64,000 bases of DNA from Thermodiscus sp. GTDB lineage: Archaea > Thermoproteota > Thermoprotei_A > Sulfolobales > Acidilobaceae. How positions within the stretch are numbered: position 1 is the first letter of the stretch; every line of letters starts with the position of its first letter. Shown here piece by piece: positions 28,526-38,008 of the stretch. The position numbers were made by a program, and so were the translations under genes. The stretch is taken from contig WAOR01000009.1 of the NCBI GenBank assembly GCA_015521175.1, positions 4,764 through 68,763 of the forward strand, in the 5' to 3' direction. The notes under the pieces are model-generated. The model saw only the letters and a program-made list of their open reading frames with translations, was not told the origin of the DNA and made no database searches.

Positions 28526-29272
28526 CTATTTCACCTCTAGGGTCGGGGTAATGCTCCCATAAATTTTAACTTTGTAATAACCTTCAAGATTATTAAGTTT
28601 AGTAGTGTCTCCTAAGACCTCCTCTCCCTCAACAATCGAGTATACTCCCACAAGCTCACCGTTGATGAAGAGTAGCCGGAAGCTCCCGTTACCACTTCCA
28701 GACACGTATATCATCTTATAATTCTTGAAGACTCCGAGATTGTGGAGGTCTTCTATAAACTTGTTGAATTCTCCCCTCCTTATAACAACGTCCATAGTCT
28801 TGACAAGCATTGACTTCATTAGTAGCCTTGTAATCCATGATAGGTCCGCTAGCATTCTAGAATAATCCTCCTTAACCTCTACCTCTACCTTCTCGACATG
28901 GCTAGCGTGTTCAACCGCGAACCTTGCTATTGATAGTGCTAGATCTTTGACCCTAGGCCACACAACCCACTTCCTTGGCCCAGAATAATCGGCGAATACT
29001 TGGATAATTCTGGGATAGATCTTAAATAGGATTATTATGGTGCTTTTTTCTCCTTTAAAAGTTAGTTTTACCTCGTCTTCCTCGAGTTGCTCTGAGTTTA
29101 TTTCATAGTCGTCTTGGAAGCGGAATAGTAAGCGCCGGAACAAGAGCCTTATCTTCTTTCCGGAGAGGCCTACTACGAAGGGTATTCCTGGTAGTAGATC
29201 GTCTGGGCTCGTTAGTACATATACTAAGTTCTTTATACTTGATTCATGGCGTATTTCTCCGACTTTCTTCAA
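28526..29272 (-). CDS. Hypothetical protein, two-domain
   Basis: 248-aa ORF directly upstream of the ODP-like gene in the same orientation. Confidence 0.7.
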   Translation of the reverse strand: MKKVGEIRHESSIKNLVYVLTSPDDLLPGIPFVVGLSGKKIRLLFRRLLFRFQDDYEINSEQLEEDEVKLTFKGEKSTIIILFKIYPRIIQVFADYSGPRKWVVWPRVKDLALSIARFAVEHASHVEKVEVEVKEDYSRMLADLSWITRLLMKSMLVKTMDVVIRRGEFNKFIEDLHNLGVFKNYKMIYVSGSGNGSFRLLFINGELVGVYSIVEGEEVLGDTTKLNNLEGYYKVKIYGSITPTLEVK

Positions 29273-29448
29273 GGCTACATTACACCGAGCAAGGCCGCCT
29301 ACAAACCGGTATTTATTCTTTGAAGATTTGTTTTAAAAGATGTTTTTAGCTAATAGTTTATTCTTATATAATCTTTTTATATTTTAGAAGGTATACCTAA
29401 AATTTTAAATTATAATGAAAATAAAATTTTAATTTTTATACATGCATT

Positions 29449-31038
29449 TTAAAACCACTCCCTAATCTTACCTGAGAGGAGAATACTCACAGCCAAGGTA
29501 ACAGCCAGCAGTATACTAGCAGAAGCAGACGCCACGGGAAGTAGCCGGCCCGCCGAGTAGAGACTGTAGGTGAGCACTCCAAGACTCCACGTTGAAGGCT
29601 CCGTTATGACAAGTGTTGCCCCAAACTCTCCCAGGCTCGCCGCCGCGGCTAGGAGAGTAGCGCTGGTGACACCAGGCTTTGCAAGTGCCAGCAAGTGCCT
29701 GGCGAGCTCGTGACCTTGTAGTCGGAGCTGGGCCAGGAATTGCATCGCTTCCCTCGTGACCCTTGATAGCGCTTGGTCCACGGCTCTGCTGGCGAGTGGT
29801 AACGCTGCCGAGGTGTGGGCTAGGACTACTAGGAGAATTGTGGTGAGGGTTCCTCCTGCTAGTAGTGATAGGGGCCTGTAGAGTACTAGGTATAGGGCTA
29901 GCCCCACTGTTACGGGGCTGAATAGGAGGGGCGCTAAGCCAGCTAGCCTCTGCTCTACTCCCCTGCTGAGAGCTATTGGGAGGCTTAGCAGGACCGCTAG
30001 GACTACTGTCAGGACCGCGTAGACTAGACTATTGGCCAGGGCCCTTGTGAAGCTTGCCCCGGGCGGTAGTGGTAGATTCCCGTGTATGAGCCTCTCATAG
30101 GCCTGCAGTGTGAAGCCGTGTGGACCCGAGATGCTCTCTAGGAACACTCCTAGTATTGGAAGGTAGAGGTATACGAGGACTACAAGGGAGTAAGCGTCTA
30201 AGACAATGACGGCAAGTGATCTTCTCCGTCGCACCAGTGAGGGTCCCTCAAGTGGGGCCCGAGGCCTGGACTCGCTAGCCCGTAGTATAGCGAAGAGTAG
30301 TATTGAGAGGAGGCCTGCCTGGGCAAGGCTTAGTGCGGCGGCTACCCGGGTGTACTCGGGGAACCCGGAGAAGATTGTGTAGATCCATGCCTCGAGAGTA
30401 TAGTAGCGGTAGGCGGCGCCTTCAACCATTAGGGGGGCGGCGAGGCCTATAAAGGAGTAGGTGAACGCTAGTAGCCATGCTGAGGCTAGGCCCGGTAGGG
30501 CGGCGGGGATTAGGAGGTTTCTCCACAGCCTTGCTCCCCGGAGTCCTATGGTTTCAACGTATTCTACTAGCTCTCCTAGTATCCCGGCTACAGAGCTGTA
30601 GGCTAGTACTGCGGCTAGAGGGATGTTGTAGTAGCTGTGCACTACTATTATGCCTGTGGGTGCCTTGGCCAGGCCCGCTAGACCTGTTACCATGGAGAGC
30701 CACCGGAATCCTAGTATTACCGCGACGCTCGGGGCCATGAATACTGGGAGGCCGAGGACCCTGTAGGACCGGGCTATCCTGGACCCGTAGTAGGCGGCGG
30801 CTACGCCTATCGGGGCCCCGATTACTGCGGCGATGGTGGCGGAGGCTAGGGCCTGGAGGGTTGTCCATTCCAGTATCCAGGGGAGGTTTATTCTGTGGAG
30901 AATCCCAGCCTTGGCCCCGGGCAGGTATAGTGTTAGGAGGATTGGGGGTGTAATGTAGGAGAGTACTACTATTATTGTTAAGGCCTTGAGCCATGCTGGT
31001 AGTTTCCTGTAGAGTAGTGGATACTCGGGCGGCCTCAA
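29449..31038 (-). CDS. Thiamine/iron-type ABC permease (ThiP-like)
   Basis: Duplicated TM domain, HSYYNIP, TLEAWIY, SLGEFGAT. Confidence 0.85.
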   Translation of the reverse strand: MRPPEYPLLYRKLPAWLKALTIIVVLSYITPPILLTLYLPGAKAGILHRINLPWILEWTTLQALASATIAAVIGAPIGVAAAYYGSRIARSYRVLGLPVFMAPSVAVILGFRWLSMVTGLAGLAKAPTGIIVVHSYYNIPLAAVLAYSSVAGILGELVEYVETIGLRGARLWRNLLIPAALPGLASAWLLAFTYSFIGLAAPLMVEGAAYRYYTLEAWIYTIFSGFPEYTRVAAALSLAQAGLLSILLFAILRASESRPRAPLEGPSLVRRRRSLAVIVLDAYSLVVLVYLYLPILGVFLESISGPHGFTLQAYERLIHGNLPLPPGASFTRALANSLVYAVLTVVLAVLLSLPIALSRGVEQRLAGLAPLLFSPVTVGLALYLVLYRPLSLLAGGTLTTILLVVLAHTSAALPLASRAVDQALSRVTREAMQFLAQLRLQGHELARHLLALAKPGVTSATLLAAAASLGEFGATLVITEPSTWSLGVLTYSLYSAGRLLPVASASASILLAVTLAVSILLSGKIREWF

Positions 31039-31060
31039 TCCACAGCTCCACGCCCGGGTT

Positions 31061-32197
31061 TTACTTTGAGGCCATTAACTGTGTCCATGTTAGTAGCCAG
31101 TTCTCGTAGTTCTTGCTAATCTCGTCCGGGGTGTAGAGGTTGTTTACTATTATCTCGGCGTCTTTGAGTGTGAGGGCGTACTTGTAGTAGCTAGGTAGCT
31201 GGACCTTGCTATTGGCTGGTAGCATCCACTGGTTGCTGGGTATTAGTGACTGGATCTCGGGGGAGAGGAGCCAGTCGACGAACTTCTCCGCGAGCTTGGT
31301 GCCTGGCTGTCCCTTTACTACTAGGGCTCCCTCTACTTGGAGCCATGCGGTGGGCTTTCCATTGTAGTAGATCAGGGTCGCCTTGAGGGTTGGCTCGCCC
31401 TTGTTCTCCCAAGCGCTGTAGGCGGGGTCGGTGCCGTAGCTTACTACTATCGCTCTGGTGCTCCCCTTTCTTAGGAACTCGTCGTAGGCTTTGCCCCAGC
31501 TGGGAGCTACGTAGATGTAGTTCCTGGTCTTCTCCCACCAGGTTGTCCAGTTCTTCCCTTCGAGTTTCTCAGATACTCCTATCTCCCAGAAGAGGAAGGC
31601 TAGGCCTGGGCTACTCTTGGTGGGGTCCTCGACTATTAGCCTGCTGGCTATGCTGGGTTTTGAGAGGTCTTCCAGTGTTGGCTTAGCTAGTATGCTAGTT
31701 ATGTTTGCTGGTAGCCTAGAGGGGTCGTATACTATTGCTATTAGGCCGTAGTCTATTGGTGTTACGCACTTCTCCGGATCTAGGGCTTTGGCCACGTCTT
31801 CTGGCACGGTCTTCTCGGCGACTGGGCTGTAGTAGCACTGGATTATCCCGGCTTTCCTCGCCTCGTGTATGAGGAGGTTGTCCACTCCTATGATAAGGTC
31901 GGCCGTCCTCGCCCCCCTCTTGTACTCGTTTATCGCTGCTAGGAGGGCTGTTCTGGCGTCGTCGAATGTTCTCACCTTGACCTTTACGTGGTATTTCTGG
32001 CCGAAGGCGTCGAATACCTTTGCCCACGTCTGGTTGGGGTGCTCGCCCCAGGCCATGAAGTCGCTGTACACGTAGATTACTAACTCTTTACTCGAGCCTC
32101 CCCTGCCCGCGTAGAGGTAGTAGGCGAATCCCCCGATTATTATGAGTATGACTATGAATCCTAGTATTGAGAGTGCTGTCTTGTTCACTGCTTCCAC
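31061..32197 (-). CDS. Thiamine ABC transporter substrate-binding protein (ThiB/TbpA-like)
   Basis: ADLIIGVDN, PIDYG, EDPTKSSPGLAF, SYGTDPAY, QVEG, NQWMLP. Confidence 0.85.
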   Translation of the reverse strand: MEAVNKTALSILGFIVILIIIGGFAYYLYAGRGGSSKELVIYVYSDFMAWGEHPNQTWAKVFDAFGQKYHVKVKVRTFDDARTALLAAINEYKRGARTADLIIGVDNLLIHEARKAGIIQCYYSPVAEKTVPEDVAKALDPEKCVTPIDYGLIAIVYDPSRLPANITSILAKPTLEDLSKPSIASRLIVEDPTKSSPGLAFLFWEIGVSEKLEGKNWTTWWEKTRNYIYVAPSWGKAYDEFLRKGSTRAIVVSYGTDPAYSAWENKGEPTLKATLIYYNGKPTAWLQVEGALVVKGQPGTKLAEKFVDWLLSPEIQSLIPSNQWMLPANSKVQLPSYYKYALTLKDAEIIVNNLYTPDEISKNYENWLLTWTQLMASK

Positions 32198-32236
32198 CGG
32201 TGTGTCGGGGGTCCCTCAACGGGGTAGTAAAATCGT

Positions 32237-32254
32237 TTATCATTGTATTGATAA
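32237..32254. promoter_or_regulatory. Palindrome upstream of thiamine transporter genes
   Basis: TTATCA-N6-TGATAA, 40 bp upstream of the thiB-like start. Confidence 0.45.
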
Positions 32255-32259
32255 CGGGG

Positions 32260-34149
32260 TTATCTTAGGCTCGGGGTTGCCAGGTCTTTCAGGTTGCTCG
32301 GGAGTATCTCTTCGAGGCCTAGGCGTAGCAGGGTATAGCTCGTAGGGATACCCCTCGGGTTCCAGCCCCTGGAGGCGTAGTACTCCCTCCTCATAGTGTT
32401 GAAGGCCTCCCTGTCGATGACCTGGCCCTTGCTTGGACCGTCGCTTATCGGCTCAGTGTAGAGCCTCTCTGGGAGAGTGTCGTCTCTCTCCGGGTCTAGG
32501 CCTAGCCAGAGGTTGACAAGCCTCTCGAGCGTGATCGTTCTCTCACCGGCTTCGAGCAGGTCTCCGGGAGCGTGGTCTATGCCTGTGACTGCTTTCCAGA
32601 ATGGGGCGACGTTCTCGGGGTGTAGTGTGTAGCGGGAGAACTTGCATATCCCCGTGTTGTCATAGAAGGCCATTAGGTCTTCGCCAGCCTTCACGAGGAG
32701 GGCCTTACCCTCGTAGGAGAGCCTGTCAACTCCGCTGAACCGCCAGAGGCTTCCGGGTAGCTCAAAGGCGTAGGCCCCGCTCGTCAGGTGGTCAGCGCCC
32801 CTGCTCGCCACCGCGTATCCGAGAGCCATGCCGCGGAGCCCCCTGGCATCGTAGGCCGGGGGCTCTAGGCCCTTTACGTGCAGCGCTAGGTCGCCGCCTC
32901 TTCCCCCGAGGCGCTCCACCGCCGCTCTTACACCGTCCGCTAGCAGGCTTCCGAGGGTCCCTCTCCTGTGGGCCATGTCCACGATTAAGCGCCGTATCGC
33001 CTCGTAGTCGCCCCAGCCTGGAGTCCCCACAATTATGCCCTTCTCACCAGCGTGGATTGCCCATGCTATCGTTGCTCCCAGGCTGATGGTATCGAAGCCG
33101 AGCTCGTCCGCCAGCCTGTTAAGCGATGCTATCTCTCGTATGTTGCAGATTCCTATGTTAGTGCCAAGAGCGTACACAGTCTCATACTCCGGCCCGTCGA
33201 CTCGTCCCTCCCCCGTCTCCAGGACTTGCGAGCACGGCCTCCCACAGCCCGTGCAGGGGTTCCTCGAGACTCGGTGCTTGGGGGCGAACCTGGAGAGCTC
33301 GGCGTGGGCTTTCTCGGGGTCTGGGCACCAGGAGAGGGTGCTTCTCTTCCAGTTCAGGCTGGGGAGCACGCCGTGCTTCTTGTTGGTGTAGTCCATGATT
33401 ATGGGGGTCCCGTATTCTACGAGGGCTTTGCTCGCAGGGTGCTCCCGTGTCTCCCTGTTCAGCCTCCTCGCTATCTCCCTGGCTTCCCCGGGCTTGGCTG
33501 GCCTGAGGGTCCCCCGTCCCTTCACGAGTATGGCTTTCAGGTTCTTAGACCCCATTACTGCTCCGAGCCCTGTTCGCCCCGCTTGCCTGCCGTTCGTATC
33601 TATCATGGCGATCCTGGACTTGTTCTCGCCTGCGGGGCCTATGATTGCGTCTGCGTAGCCCTTGTACTCCTCCTGCAAGCGCCTCCGGGCCTCCCCTATT
33701 GTTAAGCCCCACAGGCTTCCAGCAGGCTCAACCCTAACGCCTTCATCGTCTACTATGAGGACTCCGGGCTCTTCCAGGCCGCCAGCTATGACTAGGTAGT
33801 CGTAACCCGCCTTCCTCAGCTCCCATCCGATCCTCCCACCGGTCATAGCCCTGCCTAGGAGGCCCGTCTGCGGGCTCCTCGCTACGAACGCCGTCTTGCT
33901 CGCCGTGGAGAGGGGGCTACCTACTAGTCCTCCAGGCGAGATAACCAGGGGATTACCAGGGTCCAGGGGGCTGGGAGGGTCCCTCGAGCCCGCGTGTAGG
34001 GTCCATAATAGGACTCCGAGGCCCCTCCCGCCGAGGAGGAGCTGGTAGTACTCTTGGGGGACCCTCTCCTCCCGGGCCCTTGCTCCCCCACCATCTAGTT
34101 CTACTACTAGGCCCTTTCCATGGAACCAGGCCACGGGGACCGCCTCCAC
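32260..34149 (-). CDS. Tungsten aldehyde:ferredoxin oxidoreductase family
   Basis: LGGRGLG, IGPAGEN, GRTGLGAVMGSKNLKA, CTGCGRPC, GPEYET, RGADH. Confidence 0.93.
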   Translation of the reverse strand: MEAVPVAWFHGKGLVVELDGGGARAREERVPQEYYQLLLGGRGLGVLLWTLHAGSRDPPSPLDPGNPLVISPGGLVGSPLSTASKTAFVARSPQTGLLGRAMTGGRIGWELRKAGYDYLVIAGGLEEPGVLIVDDEGVRVEPAGSLWGLTIGEARRRLQEEYKGYADAIIGPAGENKSRIAMIDTNGRQAGRTGLGAVMGSKNLKAILVKGRGTLRPAKPGEAREIARRLNRETREHPASKALVEYGTPIIMDYTNKKHGVLPSLNWKRSTLSWCPDPEKAHAELSRFAPKHRVSRNPCTGCGRPCSQVLETGEGRVDGPEYETVYALGTNIGICNIREIASLNRLADELGFDTISLGATIAWAIHAGEKGIIVGTPGWGDYEAIRRLIVDMAHRRGTLGSLLADGVRAAVERLGGRGGDLALHVKGLEPPAYDARGLRGMALGYAVASRGADHLTSGAYAFELPGSLWRFSGVDRLSYEGKALLVKAGEDLMAFYDNTGICKFSRYTLHPENVAPFWKAVTGIDHAPGDLLEAGERTITLERLVNLWLGLDPERDDTLPERLYTEPISDGPSKGQVIDREAFNTMRREYYASRGWNPRGIPTSYTLLRLGLEEILPSNLKDLATPSLR

Positions 34150-34220
34150 GGTTAACTATCATAGTGCTCTGCCTCCATATTATTACGCCCTGAGGGTCCC
34201 CCACCTCTGTCGGAGGCGTA

Positions 34221-35204
34221 GTGTTGCGGGGGCCCTGTGTAGAGGTTAGAGGAGTCTCTAAGAGGTTCGACGGAGTAGAGGTTCTCCGAGGAGTCTCACT
34301 CGAGGCAGAGCCCGGCAGGGTTACAGTGGTCGCCGGTCCTAGCGGGGCTGGGAAGACTACTCTACTCCGCATTATTGCCGGCCTGCTGGATCCCGACGAG
34401 GGCGACGTCGTATTCGACGATAGGAGCGTCTTGGGGGTCCCTCCATGGGAGAGAAGGGCGGTACTCCTAAGCCAGAGGCCGGTGCTCCTACCGCACCTCA
34501 CCGTTAGGAGGAATATCATAGTAGCCGGGGAGTCCCAGGGCCTGTCTAGGAGCGAGGCTGAGAGGCTGGCTGATAGGCTAGCCAGGAGGCTGGAGATCGC
34601 CGAGGTGCTCGACAGGCTTCCCTCAACGCTCAGCGGCGGGCAGTTGCAGAGGGCCAGCCTCGCCGCCGTGCTAGCGGCTGGCCCGCGGGTGCTTCTCCTG
34701 GACGAGCCTTTCGCCCACCTAGACCTTCCCCTCAGGGAGGGCCTCCGCAGGCTCGTGGTTGAGGTAACCAGGGAAGAGGGTATAACGACTATCCAGGTCA
34801 CTCATGACCAGGACGAGGCCCTCGAAATAGCTGACAAGCTAGCAGTGCTCATGGACGGGCGGGTTCTAGGAGCAGGGGACCCCTACAGCCTCTACTACAA
34901 TCCCCCAAGCCTGGAAGTAGCCCTATTCTTCGGCCACAACGTTGCATGCGGTCCCCCATTCACTAGTAGAGGAATCCCTGTGAGCTTCCCCCCGGAAGCA
35001 GTATACCTTAGAGACGGCGACATCACTGGGGAAGTAGTCTACACCGCAATGCGAAAACACTACACACTAGTACACATTAGGATCAAGGGCTGGACTATTA
35101 GGAGCGTTCTAAGGGGCGTCACAAGGCTCTCACAAGAGGAAATCAACCTACATGTAGACGAGTCCCTAATTAAAGAGTGGCGCGGACTCCCCTGCCCAGA
35201 ATAA
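34221..35204 (+). CDS. ABC transporter ATPase (ThiQ/FbpC/PotA-like)
   Basis: GPSGAGKT, LSGGQLQR, LLDEP, VTHDQDEA. Confidence 0.88.
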   Translation: MLRGPCVEVRGVSKRFDGVEVLRGVSLEAEPGRVTVVAGPSGAGKTTLLRIIAGLLDPDEGDVVFDDRSVLGVPPWERRAVLLSQRPVLLPHLTVRRNIIVAGESQGLSRSEAERLADRLARRLEIAEVLDRLPSTLSGGQLQRASLAAVLAAGPRVLLLDEPFAHLDLPLREGLRRLVVEVTREEGITTIQVTHDQDEALEIADKLAVLMDGRVLGAGDPYSLYYNPPSLEVALFFGHNVACGPPFTSRGIPVSFPPEAVYLRDGDITGEVVYTAMRKHYTLVHIRIKGWTIRSVLRGVTRLSQEEINLHVDESLIKEWRGLPCPE

Positions 35205-35243
35205 ATCTATAATCTATGAAAATATTAGAAATATCTTAAAAAC

Positions 35244-35699
35244 CTACCATATAACCTTTAATCCAAGCCTTTCCGCAACAAATGATAAATCCATATCACC
35301 CGTAATGATCGGTAATTTTGTTTTCTCTGCTAAAGCTATTGTTGCAGAATCAGCGATAGACAGCCGTCGATGCTTAAGGCCTGGATCTCCGGATTCAAGC
35401 AATAACTTATCGCCTATAATTTTAACTTTTGATGCTTCCAATGCTATTCTCTCATCTATAGTAATAATAGTAAAATATTTATGTATAAATTCTAATAGTT
35501 CCGCTTCACTGGCAAAAGGCAACCTGTTTTTCCTCCAATGATAGGATAGTTCATATATTATCAAATAGTGAATTATCCCCTCAATGCGCCCCATTCTAAT
35601 ATCATCGAGGACTTCTACTGCTCCTCGCGGAGCTTGTCCAGTGAGATCCGCCATTATCGCATAAGTATCTACAATTGCTGTTGAAACCTGTTGAGCCAA
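35244..35699 (-). CDS. vapC: VapC-type PIN-domain toxin
   Basis: IVDTYA, IYEL, LSIADS, IITGDMDL; AT-rich. Confidence 0.88.
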   Translation of the reverse strand: MAQQVSTAIVDTYAIMADLTGQAPRGAVEVLDDIRMGRIEGIIHYLIIYELSYHWRKNRLPFASEAELLEFIHKYFTIITIDERIALEASKVKIIGDKLLLESGDPGLKHRRLSIADSATIALAEKTKLPIITGDMDLSFVAERLGLKVIW

Positions 35700-35932
35700 A
35701 GCTCGTCCGCCTCATCGAGCTCTCTCTCAGCCGCGTCAAGGTCTACTCTTAGCTTTCTCCCCCTCTCTCTTAATTCCATCCATAAATCCTTAGTTTTTAA
35801 GATTATTGCATCTTTTTCTACTCTTACATCAAGAACCATTCCCTCTCTTAATCCGAGCTCCTCGCGTATCTCTTTTGGTATGACTATTACGCCACGCTTA
35901 CCTATGCGGACTCGCGAATGTCGCCTCGGCAT
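35669..35932 (-). CDS. vapB: AbrB/MazE-type antitoxin
   Basis: VRIGKRGVIVIPKEIREELGLREG; overlaps the toxin start; ATG at 35932. Confidence 0.88.
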   Translation of the reverse strand: MPRRHSRVRIGKRGVIVIPKEIREELGLREGMVLDVRVEKDAIILKTKDLWMELRERGRKLRVDLDAAERELDEADELWLNRFQQQL

Positions 35933-36057
35933 CCAGGTCACCAGGATCAATATCACTTAGGTTTTCAGACTCCGGTAAAATGTCTATCTGATAATTATAA
36001 AATACGTTATAATTTATTTTTATTAATTATTATTTATTAATATTCGAGTATTATAGA

Positions 36058-36963
36058 CTAGGTGGCAGAAACGCTGTCAGAGTCCTCTTTCGCCCCCTTG
36101 TAGATTTCGGGGCTTATGCCGAGGGATTCGGGGCTTAGGTCGATTTCGATTAGCTTTCTCTTATCAGCTGTCTCGATAGTGTAGATTAGGTTCAAGGCTT
36201 CTATCATGCTCTTGAACTCTTCCTCGGTCAGGTCGCCTAGGTGTTTAACCATCTCAGCTATCAGCCTCTTCTTCCTCTCCAACGGGGATACCGGCTCTTC
36301 GAGCATCACCACTTTCACCAGGCCCGCGGCCAGGCTTGACAGGAAGAATGTGAACAATCCTATGCCTACGAGCATTATCATTCCTGCTATGGCCTTGCCG
36401 AGTCCTGTTACCGGTACCATGTCGCCGTAGCCTACGGTAGTTATCGTTGCAAGTGTTAGCCAGAGGGCGTCTAGGTAGGAGTGCACACTGCTACCCGGGG
36501 CTCCCGCTTCTGCAAGGTAGATTATCACGCTCCCTCCGAGAATAGTAACGCTGGCTAGTATGCCTGCCTGGATAATTATAGTGTCGAGCATCTTACCGAG
36601 CCTGCCCATGCTCGACGCGATGTACCAGAGATCATAGGCCCCTCGTCCAGCCCGCAGGGCGGCTAGTAGTATTATGAGGGGCCAGAGGGGGATGCCTTGT
36701 TGGACCACTAGGCCCGGTTGCGAGACTTTTACCGCGAGCCATAGTGGCGTGCTCGACACTAGTACTAGTGCTAGGGGGACCCCTGCTATTAGGCCTGCTA
36801 GGAGCATTATGGGGGTGAAGGCGAGGTCTACTAGGAGGAACTCGGGTGAGGGACCCCTGGCTAGGGCTCCATAGGCTACTCCCGCGGCTACTAGGCTCAG
36901 GAACATGTCTAGTAGTGATTTGAATCCCGGCGTCATGATAGCGTTGTCGGCGTCTCTATGCAA
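36058..36963 (-). CDS. Potassium channel, KvAP-like pore and C-terminus
   Basis: DALW...TITTVGYGDMVP selectivity filter, extra N-terminal TM segments. Confidence 0.9.
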   Translation of the reverse strand: MHRDADNAIMTPGFKSLLDMFLSLVAAGVAYGALARGPSPEFLLVDLAFTPIMLLAGLIAGVPLALVLVSSTPLWLAVKVSQPGLVVQQGIPLWPLIILLAALRAGRGAYDLWYIASSMGRLGKMLDTIIIQAGILASVTILGGSVIIYLAEAGAPGSSVHSYLDALWLTLATITTVGYGDMVPVTGLGKAIAGMIMLVGIGLFTFFLSSLAAGLVKVVMLEEPVSPLERKKRLIAEMVKHLGDLTEEEFKSMIEALNLIYTIETADKRKLIEIDLSPESLGISPEIYKGAKEDSDSVSAT

Positions 36964-37093
36964 CGAGTCTACCCCGAAGGATGTTGATGGCCTCCTCCCG
37001 GCATGAGGGGAGGAGACCCCCGTAATACCCGGTGTAGGAGAGGATTCATATCGCTCTGCTCCTAGTTTTTAAGAGAGGGAGGGGTCTCTGGGT

Positions 37094-37819
37094 TTGCCTA
37101 CGCGCCTCTTATACCAGGAGGATAGCTACCTTAGGGAGTTCGAGGCTAGCGTTGTAAGGGTGGACGGCGATATCGTAGTCCTAGACGCTACTGCCTTCCA
37201 CCCGAGGCCCAGCGGAGGCTTGGACGCCGACCACGGCTACTTATTTAGGGGTGAGGAGAGCTTCCGAGTCGAGGATACAATCCTGCTCGACAATGGAGAC
37301 GTCGGCCACGTCGCCAGAGGCCACCGGCTCGAGCCTGGAGACAGGGTTAAGGGGGTGATCGACTGGGATCGCAGGTATAGGATGATGAAGCTCCACACCG
37401 CCAGCCACATCCTAGCCGCCATACTATACAACAGGTACGGGGCCCTCGTCACCGGAGGCCACATTGCCCCAGACATCGCGAAGGACGACTTCGACCTCTC
37501 AATGATCAGCGGTGACTGGAAGAAGGTGTTACTAGAGGCAGTAGAGGAGACCAACGAGATAATTGGCAAGTGCATAGAGGTCAAAGTATACTGGCTCCCC
37601 AGGGAGGAAGCCCTCAAAATACCGGGACTAGTAAAGCTTGCTGACAAGCTTCCTCCCAGCGTTGATAGATTGAGGATCGTCGAGATCCCCGGAGTGGATA
37701 TCCAGGCGGACGGGGGCCCTCACGTGAGGAATACCTGTGAGATCGGTGGTATACGGGTTGTCAAACTGGAGAGTAAGGGTAGGAGGAGGCGCCGTATATA
37801 CTATACACTAATGTATTGA
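37094..37819 (+). CDS. alaX: Free-standing alanyl-tRNA editing protein AlaX-M
   Basis: LYQEDSYLREFEA, RMMKLHTASH, DIQADGGPHV. Confidence 0.9.
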   Translation: MPTRLLYQEDSYLREFEASVVRVDGDIVVLDATAFHPRPSGGLDADHGYLFRGEESFRVEDTILLDNGDVGHVARGHRLEPGDRVKGVIDWDRRYRMMKLHTASHILAAILYNRYGALVTGGHIAPDIAKDDFDLSMISGDWKKVLLEAVEETNEIIGKCIEVKVYWLPREEALKIPGLVKLADKLPPSVDRLRIVEIPGVDIQADGGPHVRNTCEIGGIRVVKLESKGRRRRRIYYTLMY

Positions 37820-38008
37820 TTATATGTATACTTTTTGGGTTTAATAAACACTACTATATTAGTGAATATAATCACGTTATGAAATAATATAATACTAAAT
37901 AAACAACACACAAGGCGCATCATATAGGTGGCTCGACAGGCTCTCCTAGAAGCCTCCTAGGAGACCTCCGTTTCAAGCCACCAGTAAGCCGAACGAGGTG
38001 TACTAAGC

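Noticed and set aside
33953..34801. 282-aa antisense ORF, and the many similar Ser-rich shadow ORFs across the window
   Set aside because: Antisense shadows of well-supported genes
36975..37075. GTTGATGGCCTCCT resembling the 3' half of a fluoride (crcB) riboswitch, plus two hairpins
   Set aside because: The 5' GGCGATG-AGGCC half is absent and the orientation points away from the ion channel gene
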